A stretch of 64,000 nucleotides of DNA from a virus (IMGVR_UViG_3300027419_000029:6330-70329), one strand, 5' to 3'. Shown: positions 48,276 to 58,532, counted from the first letter of the stretch. Notes: generated from the sequence alone by a model not told the origin. Program-made: numbers and translations.

Positions 48276-49097
48276 TTGGCAAAGACAAATATAATCGTTG
48301 AAGAAGGGTTACATAGCGATTATACAAGCATAATCGTAAGTTATAGTAATGGTATTGATAGCACAGGTGCATTGTACTGGGCGCTAAAAAACTTTGATAA
48401 GACTAAGATGTTTTTGTTGTATTGCGATACAGGGTTTGAGTACCCTGAGAATATTCAAATGTTTTATAAGACTGCAAGTTTTATGGGCATTAAGCCAGTT
48501 ATGTTACAGCATCCAAAGGGATTTCTTGAACTGCTTCTTACAGAGAGATTAATGTGGCCAGACATGAAGAACCGATGGTGCACTGCATATTTAAAAACAG
48601 GGGTAACGGATAAATGGATTAGAGCAAATCGCAGCATATTGGGTAATAAATGTTTGTTCATAAGCGGTGAAAGAAGAGATGAAAGTAAAAGCAGGTCAAG
48701 ACTACCTGAAACAGAGTATCATTCTACTACACTAAGAACAAAAAGGGTTGCGGATTTTATTTGCCATTGGCATAGACCATGCCTAGATTATGAAAAAGGT
48801 AAGATGTTTGAACAGGGTAAAGAATTACATTTAGAACCACATTTTTGTTATGAATATTTGGGCAGGTGTAGTTGTATGGGATGCATGTTTATGTCAGACA
48901 AGCATGCTATTGAAAATATAAAGCGATACCCAGAGCAAATGAGGAAATTTATTGATGCAGAAATAAGGCTACAGCACACATGGAAAAACAAGAAAAGCTT
49001 AGAGTCTATTTACAATGAATGTATGGATATAGACGATGTAACTGTAGAAAAACAAATTAGTTTTGAAGACTATTTCAAATCAAATCCCTACGATTAA
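48276..49097 (+). CDS. PAPS-reductase-family protein 2
   Basis: SYSNGIDS, RWCTAYLK, GERRDESKSR, RCSCMGC. Confidence 0.85.
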   Translation: MAKTNIIVEEGLHSDYTSIIVSYSNGIDSTGALYWALKNFDKTKMFLLYCDTGFEYPENIQMFYKTASFMGIKPVMLQHPKGFLELLLTERLMWPDMKNRWCTAYLKTGVTDKWIRANRSILGNKCLFISGERRDESKSRSRLPETEYHSTTLRTKRVADFICHWHRPCLDYEKGKMFEQGKELHLEPHFCYEYLGRCSCMGCMFMSDKHAIENIKRYPEQMRKFIDAEIRLQHTWKNKKSLESIYNECMDIDDVTVEKQISFEDYFKSNPYD

Positions 49098-49117
49098 AAC
49101 AATGGAGGAGCAAAACT

Positions 49118-50107
49118 ATGACTGAGGTAATTATCAAGCTATTGGAATCATTAAAAAAAGCAGGAGTTCAAATGGATGAGAATAGAGCTAGTCTAGCAAT
49201 TGAAAGGGTATTAGATGGCTATAATATCAGTACAAAGTCTACCGCCCTTTGTGTTACCACCGATATACCTGATCACTTTAAAATCTTTTGTGCCTGTAAA
49301 AGGCTTGAAGGAACAGCAAAAGATACATTAGAAAATTATGCTTATATAATCAGACACTTTGCTGAAAATGTATACAAACCAGTTGCGCAAATTACCACTA
49401 CAGACATACGGATTTATATTGATGCGTTTGGAGATACGATAAAATCTAGCACAAAAGAGACGAAGATATATTGTTTAAAGTCATTCTTTGGTTGGTTACA
49501 TGATGAAGAATACATTTCAAAGAATCCGGCGAAAAAAGTTGCGACACCTAAGCAACCGAAACGATTGAGAGAGGGACTTACTGTTGAGCAACTTGAACTA
49601 TCTAGAAATGCTTGTGTAGATGCACGAGAACGAGCCTTTATAGAGTTTTATTTATCTACCGGATGTCGTGTATCCGAGGTTATCGGTTTGAAACTCACTG
49701 ATATCAAGAATAACGCTATTAAGGTTATAGGAAAAGGCGATAAGGAAAGGTTTGTGTTTTTAAATGAAAAGGCAATGATGTATCTAAAAATGTACATAAA
49801 TGGTCGCAAGGATAAGTCAGATTATATTTTCGTATCTGATCGCATGGACCGAAAAACGGGTTTATTTAAACCTATTGGATCTAGAGCAATAGAAGGTGTG
49901 TTTAACAAAATTGGAAAGAGAAGCGAATTGCATTTACATCCACACCTAATGCGTCATACCTTTGCTACAATGATGTTAAAAAATGGAGCTTCGCTTAGAG
50001 TAATACAAGAATTGTTGGGACACAGTGACCCAAAGACAACTAACGTATATGCAAAAGTTAGTAACGTAATGCTACAAATAGAGCACCAAAGATGTGCAGT
50101 TGCCTAA
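49118..50107 (+). CDS. XerD-like tyrosine recombinase
   Basis: TGCRVSE, GKGDKER, HPHLMRHTFAT, LLGH, VYAK. Confidence 0.9.
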   Translation: MTEVIIKLLESLKKAGVQMDENRASLAIERVLDGYNISTKSTALCVTTDIPDHFKIFCACKRLEGTAKDTLENYAYIIRHFAENVYKPVAQITTTDIRIYIDAFGDTIKSSTKETKIYCLKSFFGWLHDEEYISKNPAKKVATPKQPKRLREGLTVEQLELSRNACVDARERAFIEFYLSTGCRVSEVIGLKLTDIKNNAIKVIGKGDKERFVFLNEKAMMYLKMYINGRKDKSDYIFVSDRMDRKTGLFKPIGSRAIEGVFNKIGKRSELHLHPHLMRHTFATMMLKNGASLRVIQELLGHSDPKTTNVYAKVSNVMLQIEHQRCAVA

Positions 50108-50276
50108 AAGGAGTGTGATAAATTTGAATAATTGTAGATGTTGTGGTTCTCCAATACCTGAAGGTCAGTCAACTTGTAGTATGTGCTATGGAGATATAGA
50201 TCATGGTTCAGATGGTTACTATCGTGAATGGGCTGAGAGCCAAGAAAAAGAAGAACAGGAGCGCGAAAAAAATTGA
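50094..50276 (+). CDS. Small Zn-ribbon protein
   Basis: CRCCG...CSMC. Confidence 0.45.
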   Translation: MQLPKRSVINLNNCRCCGSPIPEGQSTCSMCYGDIDHGSDGYYREWAESQEKEEQEREKN

Positions 50277-50905
50277 AACCAATATTATTTAATACAGAAA
50301 TGGTTAAAGCCATTCTTAAGGACATAAAAACTAATACCAGAAGACCATTAAAACTACCTAAGTATGTTCAAATTCAGGATAATGGATTGTATTTATTATT
50401 TGCCGACGGTGGTAATTACGCAAATCAAACGATGGATGAAATAGTAGATTACTTGAAGCCACCATATCAAAAAGGTGATATCCGTTATGTTCGTGAAACA
50501 TGGCTAATTGATGATGATTTAATACTGCGATATAAAGCAGACAACGATAATCCTGATTGTTTAGTATGGGGCAAACAACCTACATGGAGACCATCCATAC
50601 ATATGCCAAAAGAAGCAGCAAGAATATTTTTGAAGGTAACTGATGTTAGGGTTGAACGATTGCAAGACATTACCAACGATGGAGCCATAAAAGAAGGATT
50701 TACAGGTGTTGAATGCAGTTGCAAAGGTATGGCGTACGCCTGTACTGATTGCTACAACACGGGATGGCAAGAACCACCTATAATAGGATTTATGTTCACA
50801 TGGGATGCAATTTATAAGAACTGGTCTGATAATCCTTGGGTATGGGTAATAGAATTCGAAAAGATCGAGAAGCATGAAAGTGAAGGTGATAACGTTGTTA
50901 AATAA
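50273..50905 (+). CDS. ASCH/PUA-like phage protein
   Basis: MKPILFNTEMV...TNTRR...VRETW...WRPSIHMP...NPWVWVIEF. Confidence 0.75.
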   Translation: MKPILFNTEMVKAILKDIKTNTRRPLKLPKYVQIQDNGLYLLFADGGNYANQTMDEIVDYLKPPYQKGDIRYVRETWLIDDDLILRYKADNDNPDCLVWGKQPTWRPSIHMPKEAARIFLKVTDVRVERLQDITNDGAIKEGFTGVECSCKGMAYACTDCYNTGWQEPPIIGFMFTWDAIYKNWSDNPWVWVIEFEKIEKHESEGDNVVK

Positions 50906-51056
50906 ATTATATGATATGCAAGCCGAGGCAGAATACCTCTTAGAAGATGCTTATGGAGTTGAAGAAACACAATACCGAAAAGGTTATCTTGCTGCAGTAA
51001 ATGAATTGATTGAACACATGGAAAATCATGAAAGTGAAGGTGAAGTAGATGAATAA
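50874..51056 (+). CDS. Small hypothetical protein flanked by 17-bp direct repeats
   Basis: CATGAAAGTGAAGGTGA at 50873-50889 and 51027-51043. Confidence 0.4.
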   Translation: MKVKVITLLNKLYDMQAEAEYLLEDAYGVEETQYRKGYLAAVNELIEHMENHESEGEVDE

Positions 51057-51954
51057 AACAAAAATCGACTGGTGCGACATGACGTTTAATCCAGTAACGG
51101 GATGCCTATATAATTGCCCATACTGTTACGCAAGAGGAATAGCTAATAGGTTTGGAAACATTAAGGGTAATGTAACAATTGAAGAGATTAAAACGGGTTT
51201 AGAATTCTTTTTTGATTATAAAGAAGGAGCTAATTACGAAAATAATGGAGAGTGCATTGCGTTAAATTCTCAAGTGTATAATCTTGAAACAAAGCAACCA
51301 TTTCCATACCCATTCAGTTTCAGACCAACATTTCATAAGTACCGACTAGAAGAACCGAAGCTAAAGGCCAAGCCACAAAAGATATTTGTTGGAAGCATGA
51401 CAGATTTATTCGGTGAATGGGTTCCTGATTCTTGGATTAAGGAAGTGTTTAATGCCTGTGCTTCAGCTCCACAACATACATATTTGTTTTTGAGTAAAAA
51501 TCCGACTAAAATTCCTATGACATCTTACATTTATAATGGAATATTTGAAAACCATAAAAATAACTTTTGGTTTGGAACATCTATTAACACTCAAAAGGAT
51601 TTATCAGATAGGATTTTAGGATTAGCAGGCGTACAAGGCAACTTGTTTTTAAGCATCGAGCCAATATTTGAAAGTATTGATCTAACAAAAATTGATGTGG
51701 ATAAAGCTTTTGTGGATATTTTAAATGGAAAAGCATGTTATTTTTTTGACTGTGGTGAATTCAGGAAGATAAAATGGGTTATTGTTGGAGCAGAAAGTGG
51801 TAAACGCAAAGGGAAGGTAATTCCAAAGCGTGAATGGATTGAAAAGATTGTTGAACAATGCAAGGTTGCTAGTGTCCCCGTCTTCATGAAAGGAAGTCTT
51901 AAAGAATTAATGGGTCAAGACTTCATTCAGGAATGGCCAGAAGGTTTGAAATAA
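51049..51954 (+). CDS. DUF5131 (gp37/gp68-like) Fe-S protein
   Basis: TKIDWCD.TFNPVTGC...CPYCYA, IFVGSMTDLF, WVIVGAESG. Confidence 0.85.
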   Translation: MNKTKIDWCDMTFNPVTGCLYNCPYCYARGIANRFGNIKGNVTIEEIKTGLEFFFDYKEGANYENNGECIALNSQVYNLETKQPFPYPFSFRPTFHKYRLEEPKLKAKPQKIFVGSMTDLFGEWVPDSWIKEVFNACASAPQHTYLFLSKNPTKIPMTSYIYNGIFENHKNNFWFGTSINTQKDLSDRILGLAGVQGNLFLSIEPIFESIDLTKIDVDKAFVDILNGKACYFFDCGEFRKIKWVIVGAESGKRKGKVIPKREWIEKIVEQCKVASVPVFMKGSLKELMGQDFIQEWPEGLK

Positions 51955-52280
51955 GAAAGGAGATTTCTATGGCAGTTATATACCATGATATAGACGATTA
52001 TTATTTAGACAGATTAAAACGACTTCCATTAGACAATTCGCATTTGTTAAAGCCTGTATTTATAGGTGTATCCAATGAATATATTGATGGAGCTACAAGG
52101 GTCACAAGTGAGTTTAAGATATATAAATTTGAAGATGAATCATTGACCGGTAAGCCTTTATTATATGGGTGGGTATTAATTACGGAAGAAATAGGTGTGC
52201 CAACAAAAACATCAATATTACCATTTGAAGTTAGACAAGATGCATTGAAGGAATCACACATGTTTGATACTTGGTGGTAA
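51933..52280 (+). CDS. Hypothetical protein
   Basis: ORF with RBS; likely ATG near 51969. Confidence 0.45.
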   Translation: MARRFEIRKEISMAVIYHDIDDYYLDRLKRLPLDNSHLLKPVFIGVSNEYIDGATRVTSEFKIYKFEDESLTGKPLLYGWVLITEEIGVPTKTSILPFEVRQDALKESHMFDTWW

Positions 52281-52564
52281 TATTACAAGTCTTAAAAGGG
52301 CAAAGGAGAATCATGGATAAAATAAAAATTCGTATGTTACAAAATGTAAGACCAGATTTTTTTCTTGGGCTTATATCAGCAAAGCCAGGAACAATCCTTC
52401 GGAGTGGTATGGAGTATGAGGCTACAACAAATAAAAACGGTGCAATTTGTGGTATCTGTGAAAACGGTGAAGCTTTAGGAGTAAAGCCAGGTGAATTTGA
52501 ATTTGTGGAAGCTCCTGAATGGTTACTGAATGTACATAGAAAGCAGATTATACCGGGGGTATGA
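52271..52564 (+). CDS. Hypothetical protein
   Basis: 97 aa ORF. Confidence 0.45.
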   Translation: MVVILQVLKGQRRIMDKIKIRMLQNVRPDFFLGLISAKPGTILRSGMEYEATTNKNGAICGICENGEALGVKPGEFEFVEAPEWLLNVHRKQIIPGV

Positions 52565-52684
52565 TGTTTATGGACTTAAGAAAAACTCAAAAAGCATTAA
52601 TCGTATATTCGATAGTGTTATGGATTACTTTGATATTAATGAAAATAGTTTATTACTATAATTGGTAAATTAGGAGGAAATTTT

Positions 52685-53119
52685 ATGAATAAGGTAATGT
52701 TGATGGGACGTCTTACTAAGGATCCCGAAATGAGATATTCTCAAGCTGCTGAACCTATGGCAATAGCCAAATATACATTAGCAGTCAATCGGGGATATAA
52801 GAAGCAAGGAGAGCCTGATGCTGATTTTATTAATGTAGTAGCCTTTGGTAAACGTGGTGAGTTTGCTGAAAAATATTTCAAGAAGGGTCAGCAAGTTGCA
52901 ATAGTAGGGCATCTACAAGTAAGTACATATGATGATAAAGATGGCGTTAAGAAATGGAGCACGGATGTAATAGTGGAAGAACAGCATTTTGCAGAAAGTA
53001 AAAGGTCTAGTGAAAATAACAATCAAAGCAGCAATAATCAATCTACTCTACCACCTAGTTCAGAAAAGTTTATTCCAGTAAGTCAAGAGTTTGCAGACGA
53101 TGACGATTTACCGTTTTAA
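52685..53119 (+). CDS. ssb: Single-stranded DNA-binding protein
   Basis: MNKVMLMGRLTKDPE...acidic tail DDDDLPF. Confidence 0.95.
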   Translation: MNKVMLMGRLTKDPEMRYSQAAEPMAIAKYTLAVNRGYKKQGEPDADFINVVAFGKRGEFAEKYFKKGQQVAIVGHLQVSTYDDKDGVKKWSTDVIVEEQHFAESKRSSENNNQSSNNQSTLPPSSEKFIPVSQEFADDDDLPF

Positions 53120-53165
53120 TATTAATAATGAAAACTATTCCGTTATAACGGGAAAGGGAAGCAAT

Positions 53166-53639
53166 ATGAAAGAAATTTTAGGTGGAGATTTAGAAAGAGC
53201 TTTTGTAGATTTAAACATAATAGCAAAAAAGACTTATGAAGGTTCTACACTTCTTGATGATAAAACTCAGGTATGGGAATTATCAGATGAAGATCATATC
53301 ATTCTGTGTAACATGAGTGAAGGTGATTGGAAAGATGAATGGGGTTGGTGGAGAAGCGCTGTAGGTTCTAATATGTGTAATCCTATTTCTAGATTCAACG
53401 TAAATCATCATTATATCCAAGCATGGGACGGACAAGGCAGGTTAGACCTTTTAGAAGAAAATAAATCAGTTAAGCCCGATGAACGTTATTGGGAGGAAAG
53501 AAAGTATGATAATTTACTTCAATATCTTGGTAGTGAAATTGGAGCTAGTCAGCCCAGAAACGTTTGTGCTTTAGTTGTAGATCTGGCTGCTATTAATAAC
53601 ATGACTATTGGAGAGCTGTTTAATAAATATCAAGCGTAA
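53166..53639 (+). CDS. Hypothetical protein
   Basis: Trp-rich, ATG 53166 after RBS. Confidence 0.5.
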   Translation: MKEILGGDLERAFVDLNIIAKKTYEGSTLLDDKTQVWELSDEDHIILCNMSEGDWKDEWGWWRSAVGSNMCNPISRFNVNHHYIQAWDGQGRLDLLEENKSVKPDERYWEERKYDNLLQYLGSEIGASQPRNVCALVVDLAAINNMTIGELFNKYQA

Positions 53640-53657
53640 GAAAATAAGTGCTAAGGA

Positions 53658-53852
53658 GTGAAGGGTTTGAAAAAGAAAGCAAGTGTAGAAGAATTTTTAA
53701 CTAATGGATTATGCAATTGGAATGATTGTGAATTTAATAAAGAAAGTGAAGTATGGACAGAAAATAAATGTACAAATGAAGATGTTAACCCTGAAACTTG
53801 CCCTTCAGCAAAAGAATCTTATGAATGGGCAAAAGAAAATATGCTGATATAG
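53658..53852 (+). CDS. Small Cys-rich protein
   Basis: 64 aa. Confidence 0.4.
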   Translation: MKGLKKKASVEEFLTNGLCNWNDCEFNKESEVWTENKCTNEDVNPETCPSAKESYEWAKENMLI

Positions 53853-54318
53853 CAGAAAACTAAAGTGAGGTAATGAATCATGGAAGGAATGACTTATACG
53901 AAATGTGCTAAATGTGGTTATTTCATAAATAGTGAAGATGAATGCCCTATATGTGGTAGTAGTGAAGTTGAACAAAGAGAAGAAGATGCAGATACGCATT
54001 AGTACGAAATCGCCATGCCTTAAAAGTATCGTATTATTGCATAATTAAAGCCTAATTTAAGACACAAGCAATAATTCGATACATTGTAAGGGTGGAACAA
54101 TTAACAGCTTGAATCGCCTTATATGAATGCGAAAGGAGTAACGAAATGAAGTCAATGGAAGAATTAGAAGAAGAATTATGTGAACATTGTCCACTGCCTA
54201 GTGAATTACGTGGAGTTCATTGCTACGGTGGTGAGCCTATAATGTGTGAAGGTAGTCATTGTGATGAGGCCTACGAAAACTACAAAGAGGATTATGATGA
54301 AAGCGAGGATAATGAAGA

Positions 54319-54654
54319 GTGAAGCAACATATAACAGTAGAAGAATTTTTATCATTAGATGGAAATAGGGGCGAATTATTAATATGGGCAATACAAGGTT
54401 ATCCTGATTATACAACATATAACGCTGAATCGCTTACGATTGGCAAGATGATTGAAATACTAAGAAGGAAGTCGCTTATATTCATAGAGCCAAATTTTAA
54501 AGATACAGGATTTACAGTTAGATTAGTTAACGGATTTGGATGCAGTGATTATGATGAACATGTCTTTAAGCATGAAGAATTGTGTGATGCCTTATGGGAA
54601 GCTGTAAAATTTAGATTAGAAAGTGAAGTGAAATCTATTGAGCAAAAGAGCTGA
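54319..54654 (+). CDS. Hypothetical phage protein
   Basis: MKQHIT...LTIGKMIEIL...ELCDALWEAVK. Confidence 0.6.
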   Translation: MKQHITVEEFLSLDGNRGELLIWAIQGYPDYTTYNAESLTIGKMIEILRRKSLIFIEPNFKDTGFTVRLVNGFGCSDYDEHVFKHEELCDALWEAVKFRLESEVKSIEQKS

Positions 54655-54949
54655 ATTAAGACGCGTGCAACATCAAAAAGAACCAACATACAATTTTACC
54701 GAAAAGCAGATCATAGCATATGTACAGCCTATCATCGATAAAGCTAAAAGCGATGCAATAGATGAAGCCATGATGAAACTTACATATATGATAGCCCAAA
54801 CGCTTAATGATGAATTTGGTTTCGGAGCAATAAGAATTAACAGATTTCTAGGTAGATTGTTTTACAAAGCAGACTGCGTAAATGAGGGGTTTGTGAAAAT
54901 TGATGATATCAAGAAATGGTGTGAGGAAAATAATATTGGAAAAGAGTAA
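54638..54949 (+). CDS. Hypothetical phage protein
   Basis: LNDEFGFGAIRINRF. Confidence 0.55.
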   Translation: MSKRAELRRVQHQKEPTYNFTEKQIIAYVQPIIDKAKSDAIDEAMMKLTYMIAQTLNDEFGFGAIRINRFLGRLFYKADCVNEGFVKIDDIKKWCEENNIGKE

Positions 54950-54974
54950 CTCGATAAGTTGTATACATAACAAT

Positions 54975-55011
54975 AAGGGCACCCAGTTCATCTTGAATTG
55001 AGTGCCCTTTT
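54975..55011. terminator. Terminator between convergent units
   Basis: AAGGGCAC...GTGCCCTTTT long hairpin. Confidence 0.7.
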
Positions 55012-55013
55012 AA

Positions 55014-55655
55014 CTATTTTATTAATGGTAATATTGTATTAATGTAGTAATCGGCTTCAACCGAATCATATGAGCCAAATGTTAAAGTCATTGGAACATC
55101 TTCTATTAATATTGTGTAGTTTGATGATTGTTCAACTCTGTTTTTATTTGTGTCATATGTTCCTTTGATTAATTTCCATTTATCATCACCGACATCATCA
55201 ACAACCATGGATGTTTCAGGGTCAATATAAGCTTCAGTTGTGAATTTAACCAAATTGTAGCCTTTTGGCCGTATAATGTTACGTATATATGGAACTCCAA
55301 TATACTGCTTTCCTTCCCACAAATCTATTTGGGTTATTCCATCTGGGGTTTGAGTAATTTCTTTGCCAATTATTTCATCTGACATATCATCAACTCCTGT
55401 ATCTGTAAGCAATTTAGAAGTTACTTCAATTTTACGATCTGTTTCATTAAATTTTATTGTCAGTCCAGTTTTACCAAAGTCAGCAAGTTTTAAGAAAGTA
55501 AATCCATTGATATTATATGCTTCAACATCTGCAGCTTGTCCATCAATAAAAACTGGAAAAGGGTTATCTAACACAGTTAACTGAACTGCAGCAAAAGCTG
55601 TGACTGAGAAGGATATAATTATTCCTACTATTAATCCTAAAGTAAATTTTTTCAT
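55014..55655 (-). CDS. Secreted moron protein (signal peptide, copper-amine-oxidase N-terminal/stalk-like domain)
   Basis: MKKFTLGLIVGIIISFSVTAFA; AYNINGFTFLKLADF. Confidence 0.7.
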   Translation of the reverse strand: MKKFTLGLIVGIIISFSVTAFAAVQLTVLDNPFPVFIDGQAADVEAYNINGFTFLKLADFGKTGLTIKFNETDRKIEVTSKLLTDTGVDDMSDEIIGKEITQTPDGITQIDLWEGKQYIGVPYIRNIIRPKGYNLVKFTTEAYIDPETSMVVDDVGDDKWKLIKGTYDTNKNRVEQSSNYTILIEDVPMTLTFGSYDSVEADYYINTILPLIK

Positions 55656-55740
55656 ATATTAAACACCTCCTAGTATTATTATTACCACTAAACCTCAAAA
55701 ATTTCAATAACATTTAGGAAGTTTTTAAAATACTTTAAAA

Positions 55741-57588
55741 TTAAACATCAAAGTATATCGTTTTATAAACGCCTCCATCTAGGTTTACTTCAATATGGTC
55801 AGAAAAATATTGTATTTTAATATCTTGGGTAGCTTTAACAAAATTTAAATTAGACCAAGCTCTAGTAGCATAATAGCCTGTGTAATCTTGTAAGCCAGTA
55901 AAGTATGCATTGCCGCAGCTCCAATCTCCATATGGTGAAGTCGTTCCTGAATTATTATGTCTTAAAACATCATGGCCTAGAAATTTCATATATGCCAATG
56001 CTTGGCTAGCATATAAATTAATTACTTCGCTACCATTAGAATAAAGTTTAATTTCATTCCAAAGAGATTCAATAGCAAAACCATGTTTTGAATCATTCTC
56101 ATCATAACTTGTAATGCTTGATCCAGTAATCTCCATCCTTTTACCAGTTTCAGCAGTTCTTATCAATGCTCCAGTAATTTGACCACCATTGATGGATGGT
56201 GATGTAATACCAATTGTAGCCGTGATTGTTCCAGCAGTTATTTTATCAGCTGATAAATCATTAATCTTTGCATTTGTAATTGTGGCATTTGCTATCTTGC
56301 CACCTGTTATCGTTAAATTAGCTATGTGGCTATTTGTAATGGCTAAATTTTCGATTTTATCACTCGTAATTGCAAGGTCTTGTATTTGATTAGCTGATAT
56401 GGACAATTCTTCAATATTTTGACCACTCATTTGCCCATTACCATTGAAAATACCGTTAATGAAGCTAGTTGTGTTAAATGATGCTTTTAGGCTTTCAATT
56501 AGTCGCTCTTCTGGATCACCAATATCTATTTCACATTCCCATGGTTGGAATACATTGTATTTATGTCGAATGATTCTTGTTCGCGGATTATCAGGTGCAA
56601 CATCTGAATCAATAATATCTGCCATATCCCCAAGTTCAAAGTTTTCATGCGAGTAATCTTCAAGAGTTCTTAAGTCTACAGCTTTAACTTTGTAAAGATA
56701 TCTAGGCCGACAAATTAAAGAAAGTTCTTCAATGCCCTTAGCCATTAACTCATCAGCATCATAAATATCTTGATTTTTGTAAATACCAACGTAATCTCTT
56801 GATGTATAGCTAGTATTAATCAAATATTTAATACCACCATTTACAGAAGCAATATCAAGTTCATCATGGCCAAAGCAATACATTCTGGTTATAAGCTTAT
56901 TAGATTGTGTTCTAGTAATGTGCTTTAAGTTTTTACAGTACCTTATTTGAAAACCAGTATAATTTTGCCAAATATTTGCATCCCTCAAGTGGACAATTTT
57001 ATTTACGCTATCCCAAATCAGATAACCGCCCCATGTTTCTTGAATCATTTTAATGAGCTGTAGCCTACTAACTTTTTCTGCTTCTATATCATGGACACCA
57101 GTTACATCAACTGTGCCGATTGACCAAGCCGAGCCATCAAGAGCAGCATAAAGAGCGTGTGCAGCACTTCCAGTTACATATTGATTACCTGATAAATTTG
57201 AACCGCCAGAAACAATTATAACGGCTAAATCAGAAGGGATAGGATTAGTTGGGTCATTAGATAGACTAGGTTCTATAAAATCCGTATCTAGCTCAGCCCA
57301 TCGTTCTATAGCCATGAATTTTGCCCACAGGGTATTTTTTTCATCCCTTACAGTATCAATAGCATCTTCTTTAAGAAGGTTATATACTTTGTCATTAACA
57401 TGTATTTGACATTCGGTTGTAAATTCTGCTATCTTCTCAGATGTAGCAGGAAGCATAAATTCAAAAGTGCTTTCTCCATTTAGCCTACAATCCACATAAG
57501 CACCTTTAAGCCCATCAGATTTAGGAGATAAGAAGGCAGAGAGAGTTCCATCTACCTTCTTTATTGCTATTGATTTTGGTATTACCAT
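55741..57588 (-). CDS. Tail-associated (Tal/prophage tail endopeptidase-like) protein
   Basis: 615 aa downstream of Dit; KNLKHITRT...LITRMY; C-terminal IT.xKI.N fibre repeats. Confidence 0.75.
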   Translation of the reverse strand: MVIPKSIAIKKVDGTLSAFLSPKSDGLKGAYVDCRLNGESTFEFMLPATSEKIAEFTTECQIHVNDKVYNLLKEDAIDTVRDEKNTLWAKFMAIERWAELDTDFIEPSLSNDPTNPIPSDLAVIIVSGGSNLSGNQYVTGSAAHALYAALDGSAWSIGTVDVTGVHDIEAEKVSRLQLIKMIQETWGGYLIWDSVNKIVHLRDANIWQNYTGFQIRYCKNLKHITRTQSNKLITRMYCFGHDELDIASVNGGIKYLINTSYTSRDYVGIYKNQDIYDADELMAKGIEELSLICRPRYLYKVKAVDLRTLEDYSHENFELGDMADIIDSDVAPDNPRTRIIRHKYNVFQPWECEIDIGDPEERLIESLKASFNTTSFINGIFNGNGQMSGQNIEELSISANQIQDLAITSDKIENLAITNSHIANLTITGGKIANATITNAKINDLSADKITAGTITATIGITSPSINGGQITGALIRTAETGKRMEITGSSITSYDENDSKHGFAIESLWNEIKLYSNGSEVINLYASQALAYMKFLGHDVLRHNNSGTTSPYGDWSCGNAYFTGLQDYTGYYATRAWSNLNFVKATQDIKIQYFSDHIEVNLDGGVYKTIYFDV

Positions 57589-57604
57589 GTTAACAACCCC
57601 CTTT

Positions 57605-58510
57605 TTATAACCATCTATCTCGCCATCTAATTAATACATTATTTACTGCAGTTACGTTTGTACTTCCTACGAGCAGAGTAGGGAATATTCCATTATATCC
57701 TGCCATAGCATTTGTATTTCCTATCTTAACTGTTTCATTTTCGGTGTTGATTATAAGTGTTTGGCCACTAGAAATAGTTCCTGTATAAGTCAATGTGTCA
57801 GTTCCAATAATAACCGATGGGTTAGTAACTGGACCCGATATTTCAATAATCAAAGGCGTTTCAAATGTGCCATCATTAATTAACACACCATTACCAATTA
57901 GCGTCTTTTCGAAAGTGCCTATTATAAATGGATTACTCATTTTAAATGGTATTGTAAATTCGAACCATGTTGGATATTCAGTCACATCGATCTTTCCAGA
58001 ATACTTGACTAAATAAGTTTTTTCCATATCATCCAAGAAAATGAGCGTTTTCTCACCTTTTGTTGGGTCTAAATAACTTGCGAACAATCTCTTTAAATGA
58101 GCTTTTTGAAGTGATGAATTTCCTTCATCTGTTGCAACATGTAATTCCAATAAACGTGTAGTAAATTGAACTCCAAAATCAATCTCACCATGTCTACCTG
58201 GTATTTCTTCTGTTATATCTCTAGTAGCAGGTAGTAGCTCATATCGACTATCACCTATAACTAATACACCAAGAGGTTGGAGATATCTATTACTATCAAC
58301 ACTAAAGAATGCACCTGCAACGCCAATATTCTCAAAACCTTCAGCAACATCTGAAACAGAAATATTCGCTTGCATTGAAATAAAATCTTGTCCTATTGCT
58401 GAATCAGATATAACTATAATAAATGGGGCTGAGTTGTAATTAGCGCCACCATCGGTTATTTTATGGTTATAAAGTCTAGCTGAATTATAAGTTGCCAAGT
58501 ATATCTCCAC
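57605..58510 (-). CDS. Distal tail protein (Dit) with N-terminal extension
   Basis: IPGRHGE.DFG...LIFLDD.EKTY.V...FTIPFKMSNPF. Confidence 0.75.
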   Translation of the reverse strand: MEIYLATYNSARLYNHKITDGGANYNSAPFIIVISDSAIGQDFISMQANISVSDVAEGFENIGVAGAFFSVDSNRYLQPLGVLVIGDSRYELLPATRDITEEIPGRHGEIDFGVQFTTRLLELHVATDEGNSSLQKAHLKRLFASYLDPTKGEKTLIFLDDMEKTYLVKYSGKIDVTEYPTWFEFTIPFKMSNPFIIGTFEKTLIGNGVLINDGTFETPLIIEISGPVTNPSVIIGTDTLTYTGTISSGQTLIINTENETVKIGNTNAMAGYNGIFPTLLVGSTNVTAVNNVLIRWRDRWL

Positions 58511-58532
58511 CTTTCAAAATGAACTCTAGTGA

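Noticed and set aside
43601-49097. Dnd/Ssp phosphorothioation system
   Set aside because: Only PAPS-reductase-like genes; no cysteine desulfurase, DndD/E or SspBC recognisable
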